From Thraustochytrium aureum (taxonomy: Eukaryota): 43,784 nucleotides of DNA. Below the pieces are notes generated by a model that was given only the letters and a program-made list of their open reading frames with translations, ran no database searches and was not told the origin of the DNA. The position numbers and the translations under genes were made by a program. The DNA lies in the NCBI GenBank assembly GCA_012862495.1, contig BLSG01000302.1:30572-74355 (forward strand). Direction: 5' to 3'. Shown here piece by piece: positions 10,097 through 20,890 of the stretch. The number at the start of each line of letters is the position of its first letter. Position 1 is the first letter of the stretch.

Positions 10097-11821
10097 CTAC
10101 AGCCAGGCTTCCGCGACTTCGGCAACGAGGAGACACAAACTCTCGCGGACCTCCCTTCGCAGATGGGCCAATTCCACAACGGGCCCACCAAAATGCACGT
10201 CGCCTGCCACTGTCACANNNNNNNNNNNNNNNNNNNNNNNNNNNNNNNNNNNNNNNNNNNNNNNNNNNNNNNNNNNNNNNNNNNNNNNNNNNNNNNNNNN
10301 NNNNNNNNNNNNNNNNNNNNNNNNNNNNNNNNNNNNNNNNNNNNNNNNNNNNNNNNNNNNNNNNNNNNNNNNNNNNNNNNNNNNNNNNNNNNNNNNNNNN
10401 NNNNNNNNNNNNNNNNNNNNNNNNNNNNNNNNNNNNNNNNNNNNNNNNNNNNNNNNNNNNNNNNNNNNNNNNNNNNNNNNNNNNNNNNNNNNNNNNNNNN
10501 NNNNNNNNNNNNNNNNNNNNNNNNNNNNNNNNNNNNNNNNNNNNNNNNNNNNNNNNNNNNNNNNNNNNNNNNNNNNNNNNNNNNNNNNNNNNNNNNNNNN
10601 NNNNNNNNNNNNNNNNNNNNNNNNNNNNNNNNNNNNNNNNNNNNNNNNNNNNNNNNNNNNNNNNNNNNNNNNNNNNNNNNNNNNNNNNNNNNNNNNNNNN
10701 NNNNNNNNNNNNNNNNNNNNNNNNNNNNNNNNNNNNNNNNNNNNNNNNNNNNNNNNNNNNNNNNNNNNNNNNNNNNNNNNNNNNNNNNNNNNNNNNNNNN
10801 NNNNNNNNNNNNNNNNNNNNNNNNNNNNNNNNNNNNNNNNNNNNNNNNNNNNNNNNNNNNNNNNNNNNNNNNNNNNNNNNNNNNNNNNNNNNNNNNNNNN
10901 NNNNNNNNNNNNNNNNNNNNNNNNNNNNNNNNNNNNNNNNNNNNNNNNNNNNNNNNNNNNNNNNNNNNNNNNNNNNNNNNNNNNNNNNNNNNNNNNNNNN
11001 NNNNNNNNNNNNNNNNNNNNNNNNNNNNNNNNNNNNNNNNNNNNNNNNNNNNNNNNNNNNNNNNNNNNNNNNNNNNNNNNNNNNNNNNNNNNNNNNNNNN
11101 NNNNNNNNNNNNNNNNNNNNNNNNNNNNNNNNNNNNNNNNNNNNNNNNNNNNNNNCCACCGTCCCCTCTGCACTTCGAGCGATGTGACGTGCTGCCGCGC
11201 CGTGGAAGCGAGCGAGCTGATGAGCTGGCGCCGCCGCAGCACCTCTGTCATCTCGCGGCGGCACCGCTTCAGAAGGTGGCAAATGGCCCCGACGGCGCTT
11301 GCGATCACCCGAGCTTCCGAGCGGTGGCGAGTCATTGCGCCTAGAAGGGCCAGGATCTCGACCTCGCGCGGCGTGCGCATGAGCCTGGACAAGGCTCGGA
11401 CGCCCTCTTCCTGGACGCCAGAGTCGTCCCCGTGCCGCTCCAAGGCGCGAATGGTTGCGCCTACGAGCTCGTCGGAGTTGCTGAGGCCGCCACTAGCCGA
11501 GTCGGCGATGCGGGCTAGCGCCTGGCACCCTCGGCGTTGTGTCGCCGTGCACCCTGGCTCGTCGTTCATGCATTGGAGGATAACCTCGGTGCGCCCGCGC
11601 ATGCGCTCGACGGCGAACACCACCGAGGTCGGCACTCCGGGGCCGCGCCAAGGCTTTTGCGCCTCTTGGCCCGCGTCTTTCGCAGGCATGCAACCCGCTC
11701 GTCCTGGAGCGCCTGGTGCTCCACTATTGCCGCACGCGTGCCCTGCTGTGCTGCAAGTGCTGCCGCTGCTCGTGTCGCCTCCGGCTGCTTGGAGCCGTGG
11801 CGATTCGGCCGTCATCAGCAT
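10097..11821 (-). CDS. Armadillo-repeat protein (LRRK2-N-terminal/aardvark-type repeats), interrupted by gap 10218-11155
   Basis: Repeating units VILQCMNDEPGCTATQRRGCQALARI / ATIRALERHGDDSGVQEEGVRALSRL / ALLGAMTRHRSEARVIASAVGAICHL / STARQHVTSLEVQ. Start codon and post-gap end (TAG at 10097) are inferred. Confidence 0.65.
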   Translation of the reverse strand: MLMTAESPRLQAAGGDTSSGSTCSTAGHACGNSGAPGAPGRAGCMPAKDAGQEAQKPWRGPGVPTSVVFAVERMRGRTEVILQCMNDEPGCTATQRRGCQALARIADSASGGLSNSDELVGATIRALERHGDDSGVQEEGVRALSRLMRTPREVEILALLGAMTRHRSEARVIASAVGAICHLLKRCRREMTEVLRRRQLISSLASTARQHVTSLEVQRGRWXXXXXXXXXXXXXXXXXXXXXXXXXXXXXXXXXXXXXXXXXXXXXXXXXXXXXXXXXXXXXXXXXXXXXXXXXXXXXXXXXXXXXXXXXXXXXXXXXXXXXXXXXXXXXXXXXXXXXXXXXXXXXXXXXXXXXXXXXXXXXXXXXXXXXXXXXXXXXXXXXXXXXXXXXXXXXXXXXXXXXXXXXXXXXXXXXXXXXXXXXXXXXXXXXXXXXXXXXXXXXXXXXXXXXXXXXXXXXXXXXXXXXXXXXXXXXXXXXXXXXXXXXXXXXXXXXXXXXXXXXXXXXXXXXXXXXXXXXXXXXXXXXXXXXXXXXVTVAGDVHFGGPVVELAHLRREVRESLCLLVAEVAEAWL

Positions 11822-12439
11822 GCGCTTCGGGGCTTGCGCTGAGCCAGCGAGCCCAGAAGCCCCGCCACGCGGCTCGCGGCCAGTCCAACAGGCAGGACTT
11901 GCGCCCGCGGGGCCAAAATCTCGGACTTGGGTCGAAGGCGTGGGAGCCGTCCACGCTCCTTGCCTGCCCGCACGCAGCGATCCCGACCGCGCAAGCAAGC
12001 CTGGCAGTCAGGTTGAGCGCGAGAACGCGCCACGTTCGCCACTCGTGCACAACCCTACCGCATCGAACGAGTCCGGCACACGCGCCGACCAACCTCAACC
12101 TGCCCAAACGCCCATCTCCATTGCACACGCATCGACCTTAAAAAATGGGAGAGAATTGTACTGTGCCGCCTTAAAATTGGCTGTTCCACGAGTGTTCTTG
12201 TTGGTTGATCAAGAACAGAGGGTCGCCGCCCCGCTCTGGCGCAATGCAATGCCACCACCAGCAGTCGGATTTGACGCTCGAGTTGACGCCGCCGCGCAGG
12301 ACGCCCGCGGCCGGTCTGTTTGGGACGTTGGCCGCGGCGCTGGCTTTGCAGGGGCTTTCTGGGCGATCCTCTGTGCGACTGAATCTGCTCGGGCGCTTGC
12401 GCTTGGGCGAGCGGCGCTTCGCTTTGGACGTTGACGAAT

Positions 12440-13277
12440 ATGGCGGACGACGGCGCCGAGCTCGCAGCTCTCCTGGGCGTGGACGAGGCGCAGGGACGCG
12501 AGCTTGCGGCGTATGTGGCGTCTATGAAGAACGCGGTGGAGGTGAGGTCGCACTTGGGGTCGCTGCTGCCGGACTCTGCGAAAGGGCGCGCGTTTATTGA
12601 AAAAGTGGCAAAGCGGGCTGGTGGCGCCAAGGCGCGCGAGGTGTCGGCGCCGGCGGCCCCGGTCAAGGGTTTCCGTGGTCAAGAAGGCGGCCAGGCATAA
12701 GGCCGCTGCGCCGGTGCCTAAGGTGCAGGTGGTGCGCGGCATCAACCACAACGAAGCGTCGGCGGAATACAACGCGAGCAAGCTGATTACGGGCAACGAG
12801 CCCAGCGCCGCGGAGGCAAAGTTTCAGAACTGCCTCGACTGCGGCATGATCTACTTGCAACAGGCCTACGCGGCGCGCTCGCGATGCGCTTTCTGCGACG
12901 AGCCGCTGGGCCGTGCGCAGCTAAAGAAACACCGCAACCACGAGGTGGGCGACGAGGACGCGGCGCTGGCCGCCGCGCTGGCGCACCGCGACAAGCTCCT
13001 CGACTTTGACGCCTCCTCCGCGTCGCGCACCAAGGTGCTCGACGACCAGTCGGACTATTACGAGCTGGACGCCAGTGCCCTCGGCTCCAAATGGGTCGAC
13101 GACGCGGAGCGCGCCAAGGTCCGCGCGGACATGGAGCGCCAGCGCGACCAAGCCGAGGAAACCTCCAAAAAGATTTTCCTGACGTTCGACCTCGCAGGCC
13201 GCCGCGTCGTGCAGGACCAGGGCCTCACTGGCACGGCCAGCGAGGTGTACGCCCGCCTCTCTGCGGCGCTCTCGTGA
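12440..13277 (+). CDS. TRIP4/ASC-1 (yeast Rqt4)-like zinc-finger protein; apparent frameshift near 12667
   Basis: N-terminal helical region (EVRSHLGSLL..GRAFIE), then NCLDCGMIY..CAFCDEPL, AHRDKLLDFDASSASRTKVLDDQSDYYE and KIFLTFDLAGRRVV, which are hallmark TRIP4 segments. No ASCH domain is present. Confidence 0.8.
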
Positions 13278-13315
13278 TCAGCGTGCCGCGCGCGTGCGAC
13301 AACAGTGCGATCCGT

Positions 13316-13356
13316 CAGGTTAGGATGAGAAGGAACAGGTTAGGATGAGAAGGAAC
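13316..13356. repeat. Perfect 20-bp tandem duplication
   Basis: CAGGTTAGGATGAGAAGGAA x2, located between two convergent 3' ends. Confidence 0.9.
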
Positions 13357-13437
13357 GAGACGTTTAGTGTACATAGTGATTCTGCAGCGCTGTGCTGCCC
13401 AGCTCCTCGGCTCACTCTGCGGCGGCCTTTCTGGTGC

Positions 13438-15024
13438 TCACGTAGCAGGGCGCGACAGGCGTGCGCGCGGCCGGAACCAGAGCGGGCCAGGCCGGACGGG
13501 CTGTGCCAAGCCCGCCTCGATGCAAAAGTCGCCCTGCTCGGCGGGATTCACAAGATGCACGGACGTATCGCCCAGGACCGTTGCGAGCATGCAACGCAGA
13601 AAGGCGTTGCGGAACTCTGCCGGAACGCAGCTCGCCTCCAGCCCGAGCTGGCCGTCCAGCAGCGTCAAAGCCTCCCTCTGCGACCCCAGCTTGCCCGAAC
13701 ATGGGTCAAGGAACCGCTCTGGCGCAAACTGCTGCGGCGCACCGAAAGCCGCCGCATCCTTCAGCGCGAGGAACACAGGCAGGTAAACCCGCGTGCCCCG
13801 TGGAACGCCCTGGCCCTCTGGCCCAAGCCGCACGTCGTCCGCATCGCAGATCCGCTCCAAGACGGGAATTGTGCTGCGAACGCGCGAGCTCTCCCGCACC
13901 ACAGCGCCCAAAAACGAGCATTCTCGAGCCCGCTCCAGGGAAGGCTCGCCGTTGCCCAGCTCGCGGTCGAGCTCGGCCAACAGGCGCTGCTGAGAGCCTT
14001 GGTTGCGGGGCCAAAAGGAAGAGGCACCAGAACGCTGCCACGCGAGTCGCCGAAATGGCTGCTCCTAAAACTGCAGAGAGAGTCGACACTGCCTCGCGCT
14101 TGGAGAGGGGAGCCGACGATCCAGCGCCGGGCCCGCCGGTGACCAGCACGGTCAGCGCGCAGCGGTCGTGGGCGTACTTTTCGGGCCAAAGCGCGATCTC
14201 ATCGCGGCGTTTCTCGAGGAGCTCGGCACAGCGTCGGCGCCACTCGATGGCAGCAGCCTCGAACTTGAGGTAGTCCGCGTCCCACCGCGGCGCCACTGGC
14301 GTGTACGCCCATGCGCTCGACCACTTGTCGAGTTTGCGTGAAGGGCAAAGAGGCGTGCAGCCCCACCAAAGGCTACCAAGTCGGTGTTGAGGAGGGCCGT
14401 GCCAACGGCTTCGCACACAAGCGGCCCGAGCTGAGCATGCACGTCGACCGGCTGCCCCAGCGCCCACCGCGAGGCTGCGCGTCTGAACGTCTCGCGAACA
14501 GCTGTGTGGAGCAGGCGCAGCTGGTGCTCCGAGCCGAGCATTTCGCGGCATGGTCCGGCGCCGCAAGGCGCAGTGCCGTCATGTGCGAGTGCGATGTTGT
14601 CCAAGCCGAGAACAGCGTTTGAGAGGCTCGACTGCCGCGGCGCGCCCGGGCACTTGGCGATCGCCTCGGCTTGGCCCGAGGCCGTGGCTACAGAGAGGCA
14701 CAGTCCCGCCGGGCCCAGCACGAACCGCGCGAGCTCGCCGTGCTCGTCGTGCAACTGTTCGAAGAACGCCGGGCCAAGTCCGCCAGCGGCCCTCACGGCT
14801 GCGCAGTTCCCTTGCGCAAGGCTGGCGGGCTCTGGGCCAGGAAAGCCCCCAAGCAGCGCCTTCCGCCTCGCGACCACCTTGAGCGCTTTGGCGAGCACGA
14901 AGGTGACCACGGCGCTGCCCAAGGCCTTGACGAGGACCGCCACGACGTCTTGGACAGCAACGCGCCGCTTGACGAGCTGGCCGCGCCAGAACTGCGCAGC
15001 ATCAAGGCTTGGTGGCGCAGCCAT
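13438..15024 (-). CDS. Divergent cytochrome P450-fold protein; apparent frameshifts near 14335 and 13990
   Basis: N-terminal anchor plus Pro hinge (FPGPEP..GN), I-helix-like WCLFLLAPQP, RLLAELD, K-helix ESSR (ExxR), VPRGTRV and FAPERF (PERF). Confidence 0.75.
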
Positions 15025-15905
15025 CGTCTGCGCCGTTCGGCCGCGTGCGCTCTTCGCAGGTCAAGCGCGCTCCGCAACAGGCCGAGATGCGCCAATGGCG
15101 TGCCATGAATCATCAATGTCCGAGTCGTTCCAACATGATCGGACAACAACCACTCTGTCCTGATCCATGAACGGTGACCTTTCATCAAGAGGACGGCGCT
15201 CTCTTTGCTCTTGAACGATCAAGCACGTTGGCCGTCGGTTGAAGGGGAGCCTGAGGAGGACATGCTTGACTCACTCTTGACTGTGATCATCACTTTCGTT
15301 TACGTATCTTAGCCCAATAAACCTGCTCTTGACAGAGCAGGAGATAAGACTTGAGCCAGCCAAAGTCAACTTGAACGGTCGCAGGGAGTCCGACTCTGCC
15401 ACTCCTCTTGAGCGGGAAAACGTCGTCAGTAGGCATACTACCCTTGCTCTACTACTCACCTGACTCCGGAGTCCGCTGTTGTCGAGACTCGGAGAGCGTA
15501 TGTTCCCAACCCAAGTAGCTAGCCTACTAGAGTTGCGTCTCGGCCCGAGACACCACCTGTCGACACGATTGTCTCGACACAGCTCCTTCCACAGTGGAGC
15601 CCAGCCCTCTTGAGCCGCACGCTGGCGTCACGATCGTATCGTCAAGAGTCGCCACTGTGTGGGGGCGCCGACAGCACAGTGTACGCACTGTGGTCTCGCA
15701 TGAGATCGTCTCCATGTTGGAGGAGCCGGCGAGCACAACAGCCTGCGATGGAGCTGGCGCCATCCGAAAACGGACGGAGAAGCCGGGCCGCGTGCGTGCT
15801 TGTTTGACCAGAACAGCGAGCGGCCAACGACGCCAGAGCCCCATCGAAGCCGAGCTGCTGCTGCTGCGATCTGGCGGAGGGCGCAGGTTGGCCTCGCAGG
15901 GTTGC

Positions 15906-15990
15906 GCAGCGTCGGGCAGCGTCGGGCAGCGCAGCATCCGGCAGCGTTGGGCAGCGTCGGGCAGCGTCGGGTTGCGCGCATCGGGCAGCT
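15906..15990. repeat. 10-bp minisatellite GCAGCGTCGG, about 5-6 imperfect copies
   Basis: Read directly from the sequence, immediately upstream of the JmjC gene start. Confidence 0.8.
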
Positions 15991-16039
15991 TGGAGAAGCA
16001 GGAGGCTCGGTCTGCCGCCAGTGTTGACGGGTACTCGCT

Positions 16040-17529
16040 ATGAGGACCAAGATGGTGCTTCCCACGCTCGGGGCCTCCTCGCTGGGCGCGGACGTGGACG
16101 ACTCAAAGTACTCCAAGGGGCTCAACCTGAAGCGGTCGCTGAGCAATGCGGCCATGTGGAGCCGCAACCACCGGAACGGCCTGTCCAAGTGGACCGCGGT
16201 CGTGGCTGGCGTTACCCTTCTGGTGCTGGCCATCAACCAGAGGCGCCACGTGGCCGTCAGCGTCGACATCGAGTACAAGACGACGCTCGCTGACGAGCTG
16301 AACGACCTCGACCTCGGCAAGCTGGGACTTGGCGCCGACGAGCTGCGGGAGGTTCGCGCTCACGAGGCGGGGGACGAGCCCACGGAGGACGACGCGGACG
16401 TGGTCTCGGACGAGGTCGCGAGCAACGCGCAAAGCGACGAGTTCGACGAGACCATCGTAGCTGGCACCGCTGGATCTGCCGCGCAAGACGAGGAGGCGGT
16501 GGAAGCCGAGAGCGAAGAAGACGACGGGAACATAGACAACGAGGCTGCAGGGGGCTTTGAGGTGGAGGACGGCCTGAGCGACCCCGCCCAAGCGGACAAG
16601 CCGCTGAGCCAGATGAGCAACGACGAGCTTTTCGAGAACGCCAAGGAGCTCGAGGCGTGCGGGCGCATCCGCATGCCCGTCTACAAACGCCGCCCGACGG
16701 ACTGGTGGGCGCTCAAGCGCTACCTCACGATTTACACGGAGCGGGCGCCGTACGCCTGCGTGCCCAAGCTCCGGCGGCACTTGCAACTCACGTTGGACGA
16801 CTTTACCGAGCTGTTCCGCAAGTATGCGCAGCCTGTGCTCTTCCGTTTCGAGAACCTGCGCTCGATCGGGTCAAAGCTGCGCTCGTTACCCTTGACGAAC
16901 TGCAAGAGCTGTTCCCGTTCGACCCGACGAAGGACCGCCAAATCACCTACACGGCCAACAAAAAGTTTGACTCGGAGTTCCTGGACCTGGGCCCGGCCAT
17001 CTACAACTTCAAGGACGACGCCGCGCTTGTCAAGACCAAGGGCGGCCAGCGCAACTACCCGCGCAACATGAAGGTCAAGCCCGCGGCGTTGGCTCGGCTC
17101 GGGGTCGAGGCCCCGCGGCTCGTGCCCGGGCTAGAGACCGGCGAAGGGGTCATCCAGTCGCCCTCGCTTTGGTTTGGCTCGAGCTCGTCCCCGACGCCGA
17201 TGCACTCGGACTGTTGCGACAACTTTGTGCTCATGCTCTCCGGGACCAAGGAGTTCTCGCTGGCGCCGCCCACAGACTGGCACGCGCTCACCCCGCGCTG
17301 CATCGGCAAGCGCAAGAGCCTGTGCTATGCCAACATCGCCGACCCGACCGAGCCGGGGGTCCGCACGGACCACTTCAACAAAATGATGGTCGATGTCGAG
17401 CCCGGCATGGTGCTCTATATGCCGGCTGGTTGGTTTCACGCCGTGAAGAACAGGGGTGCGACGTTGATGACCAACCTGTGGACGAGGGGAAAGCAGACCG
17501 CCGGCGTGTTTTCCTGCCACAAAAAGTAG
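16040..17529 (+). CDS. Type II membrane JmjC/cupin-8 2-oxoglutarate/Fe(II) oxygenase; apparent frameshift near 16870
   Basis: Single TM (WTAVVAGVTLLVLAI), acidic stalk, then SLWFGSSSSPTPMHSDCCDNFVLMLSGTKEF..VEPGMVLYMPAGWFHAVKN with an intact HxD..H triad. Confidence 0.85.
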
Positions 17530-18253
17530 TAGAAGAAGTAGGGCGCGCCGAACCGCAAAAATTGCTTTGTGATTGATTGTGACCGCCGTGGCCAGTTCTC
17601 GCCGTCCCGGCAGACCCGCAGGCCGGCACCGCGCGTCTGCGAGCCGCGCCGGAAAGACTCGAGTCAGCTCGCACCGCGAACGCCAGCACTAGCAAGGGGC
17701 CAGACGCCCGTCGGCATCCACGGTCCCTCGAGCATCCGCCATGATGATGCATCTTGTTGCTCCGGCTCCCTGCGGACGCGGGAACATACAGCGGCTCGCG
17801 ATGCAGCGGTGCCCGAGGAAACCGTGTCGTCGAGAACATGCGCCACACGCGGCGCCAAGTCCCCAACATCATCGACGACTCGACGCGCCAGGCCAGACGC
17901 CTCCACCTGGATGCCAGCAAATGCGGCGTGGCTCGTAGACCTGGCCACGCCCTCGATGCCTGAGCATGCCGCGAGACTTGCAGCAGAGTCGGTGGGCCGG
18001 ACCAGGCCTGCACGGTCAAGTTGCCGGACGAGTCCAGGGCGACGTTACTGACCCCAGCAACACTGGTGGTACTCTGCTCTGCTCGACTCGACTCTACCAG
18101 CAGACCCCCAACGACTGACCGCGAGCAGCGGCCTCGGCAGCGGCGGCTCGGAAGGCGGCGAACGCAGCAGACACGCAAGGCAGTTTGCCCGGCAGAGCGC
18201 CCGTGCGGCACCACGCGTTGGAGTTGCCAGGCTGGTCGGTTGCGTGAAACGGG

Positions 18254-20772
18254 ATGGGCAACAAGGCGTCGGCTCTTCCTTATGACGTGGGCGACCGCGT
18301 GTGCTCGATTGGGGGCGACTGCGCAGGCTGGGCGCTGCATGAGGGGAAGCGCAAGCGCGATGGAGAGCCCGTGTCGGTTTTTAGGTTTGAGAAGAAAGGC
18401 GCGGACGCGCGGCAAAAGGAGTTGGCAGAGAACTTTGTGAAACGCGTCAAGACGCTTCGGCACCCGCACGTGCTGGCGTACGTTGACGGACTCGACACGG
18501 ACGCGGAAACCGTGCGTGGTGACCGAGTCGGTGGTAACGCTGGAGAGCTGGCTGGCGGACCTCCGCAAGAGCGAGTCTGACGACAAGGTTCAGATGGCGA
18601 TTTCATGGGGCATGCACTGCGCTCTCGAAGCGCTCGGGTTCATGAACGAAGACTGCAACCTGGCTCACGGAAGCGTTTCTCTCGAGAGCATACTGGTCAC
18701 CAAGGGCGGAGACTGGAAGCTCGGGGGCATGTTTGTCGTTGGCGAGATGGGCGGCATCGAAGGGCCCTCGCGACTCTTCCGCGATTGCCCAGGAATCGTC
18801 CCGAGCAGGTACAAGCCGCCGGAGCGCCTGCAAAGCAAGTGGTCCGCGCTCACGCCTGTCGGCGTCGACGTCTGGGCGCTCGGCTGTGTCCTGTACGAGG
18901 CGTTCAACGGCCCCGTGTCCAACCCGGACGACCTCATCACCAAGAAGGGCGCCTTACCGCAAAACCTGCACAAGGCCTACGAGGCCATGATGAGCCACGC
19001 CCCGGGAAGCCGCCCCTCGCCCAAGCGGCTTTACGCTAGCGCAGGCTTCAAGGCCATGTTCCGCAACAATCTCTTCCTGACACTGCGGTTCTTGGAGGAG
19101 CTCCAGCTCAAGTCTGACGCCGAGCGAATCCCGTTCCTCCAGAGCCTCGCAAGCGCGACGGACACGTTTCCGCGGGCAACGTGCTGCTACAAAATCCTCC
19201 CGGCGCTGCGCGATATCATCATTCCGGGCGGGCCCGGCGGAGCAGCGGCCGCGGCAGGGGGCGCCCCGCCGGTCCCCGAGCGCGCTCGCTGGCGTGGTAC
19301 TGCAGCCGTTTCTCAAGATCAGCGGCATGCTCGACGCGACTGAGGAAGTGCAGCGCCTTGTGGTTCCAACTGTCGTTTCGCTCTTTGCCTCAAACGACCG
19401 CGCAACGCGCGTGGCGCTCCTGCAGCGCCTCAGCTTGTACATCGAGCACGTGGACGACAAGGTGATTAATTCCAAGCTTTTTGCCAGCATATGCACCGGG
19501 TTTAAAGACACGGCGCCCGTGCTGCGCGAGCTGACGGTCAAGAGTGTCGTGGCTCTAGCGCCGCACCTGGACTCGAAAAACGTCAACGAGGTGCTGCTCC
19601 GCCATCTCGTGGGTGTGTTGAAGGACATCGAGCCCGCGATCCGCACCAACACGCTGATCTGCTTGGCAAAGATCATGCCGAGCCTCAATGAAGAGACGCG
19701 GAAAAAGGTCATCTTGGGCTCGTTCCCTCTGGCGACGAGGGACCAGTTCGTGCCAGCCAGGCTGGCGGCGCTGCGCGGTCTGTCAGGTGGCTTGGTGTAC
19801 GTCGAAGACGACGCGCAGGCGCTGGCGGGCAAAGTGATTCCGAGCCTCGCCTTTGCGCTTGTGGATCCCTCGCCAGAGGTGCGGGTGCAGGCATTTGCAG
19901 TCGTTGACGCAGTGCTTGCCAAGCTGCGGGCTATTTCTGACGAGCGCGCAAAGCAGCAGAAGATTGACGAGGAAGAGCAGCGCAAGCGCGACCTCGCGGC
20001 GCACCAAGGAGGCGAGATCCGTGTGGCTCCGGGTGCCGCCGCTGGATCGGCAAGCGCCGTCGGGTCGGCCCCGGCTGGCCAGGCTCAGGAGCCGGCGGGT
20101 CTCCTCTCGGCCGCGGCGGGCTGGGCCGTTGGCTCCATTTCCAAGTCGTGGAGCGGATCGGGACAGGCCGCCCCGAGTTTGTCCGCCGCAGCTGCCAAGC
20201 CTGCAGCACCGAATGGGCCGTCCGCTGGGATGCCGCAAGCTGGACTAAGCCTCTCAGCCGCGTCGCAAGCCCCCCTCGTCCCAAAGCCCCTTGCGGCGAA
20301 CGACGGCTGGGACGACGGCGATGTGGACCTCCTCACTGGTGGCTCTGCGAGTGCATCGGGCTGGGACGACGGAGATAACGACGACCTGGACCTTTTGTCC
20401 GGCATGGTTTCCAAGACGAGCGTGAAAAAGACTGCTTCGGGCCACTTGGACGTCCGCCACGCCCTTGGCACGAGCGGAGGCGGCGGCGCGGATGACTTTT
20501 TCGGGAGCTTGGCTGGCCCGAGCAAGCCGCTGCAAAAGCCCGCGACAAAGGCGGCCACGAAGCTCGGGGTCTCCCTTGCCAAGCCGCCAAGTGCTACGGG
20601 GGCAGAGAGCTCGATGACCGCGGACGAGCGCCGCATCGCTGCTGAGCAAAAGCGCGAGGAGGCGCGCAAGCGGCTGTTGCAGCGGCGCGAGGCGCGCAAG
20701 TCTGGCGCAGTCAATGCAAAGCCAGTTGTTGCGAAGAAGGCCTCTGGTGGCGATGACTGGGACAACTGGTGA
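18254..20772 (+). CDS. SCYL1: SCY1-like pseudokinase with HEAT repeats; apparent frameshifts near 18514 and 19274
   Basis: KRVKTLRHPHVLAY, VVTE, LAHGSVSLESILVTKGGDWKLGG, DVWALG, NDRATRVALL, GFKDTAPVLRELTVKS, EPAIRTNTLICLAKI, RDQFVPAR. Acidic Trp tail (GWDD, DDWDNW). Confidence 0.9.
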
Positions 20773-20890
20773 GCGCGAGGAGTGCCGGCACTTTGAGGCC
20801 TGAGGGCCGAATTGGGTTGGTGCGTTACGTGTTCAATCCTTTTCTTTTGATCAAGATGGAGAAAAGTAGAAAAAAGTAGATCTCCGGAGC

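Noticed and set aside
2027..13277. IMPACT-like and TRIP4/Rqt4-like genes as a ribosome quality-control cluster
   Set aside because: They are 10 kb apart with unrelated genes between them, and eukaryotic gene order gives no support without synteny data.
17530..18250. Short ORFs between the JmjC and SCYL1 genes (similarly 15100-15900, 22320-23240 and 34620-35590)
   Set aside because: No recognisable domain, RNA gene, terminal repeats or transposase motifs; treated as intergenic.
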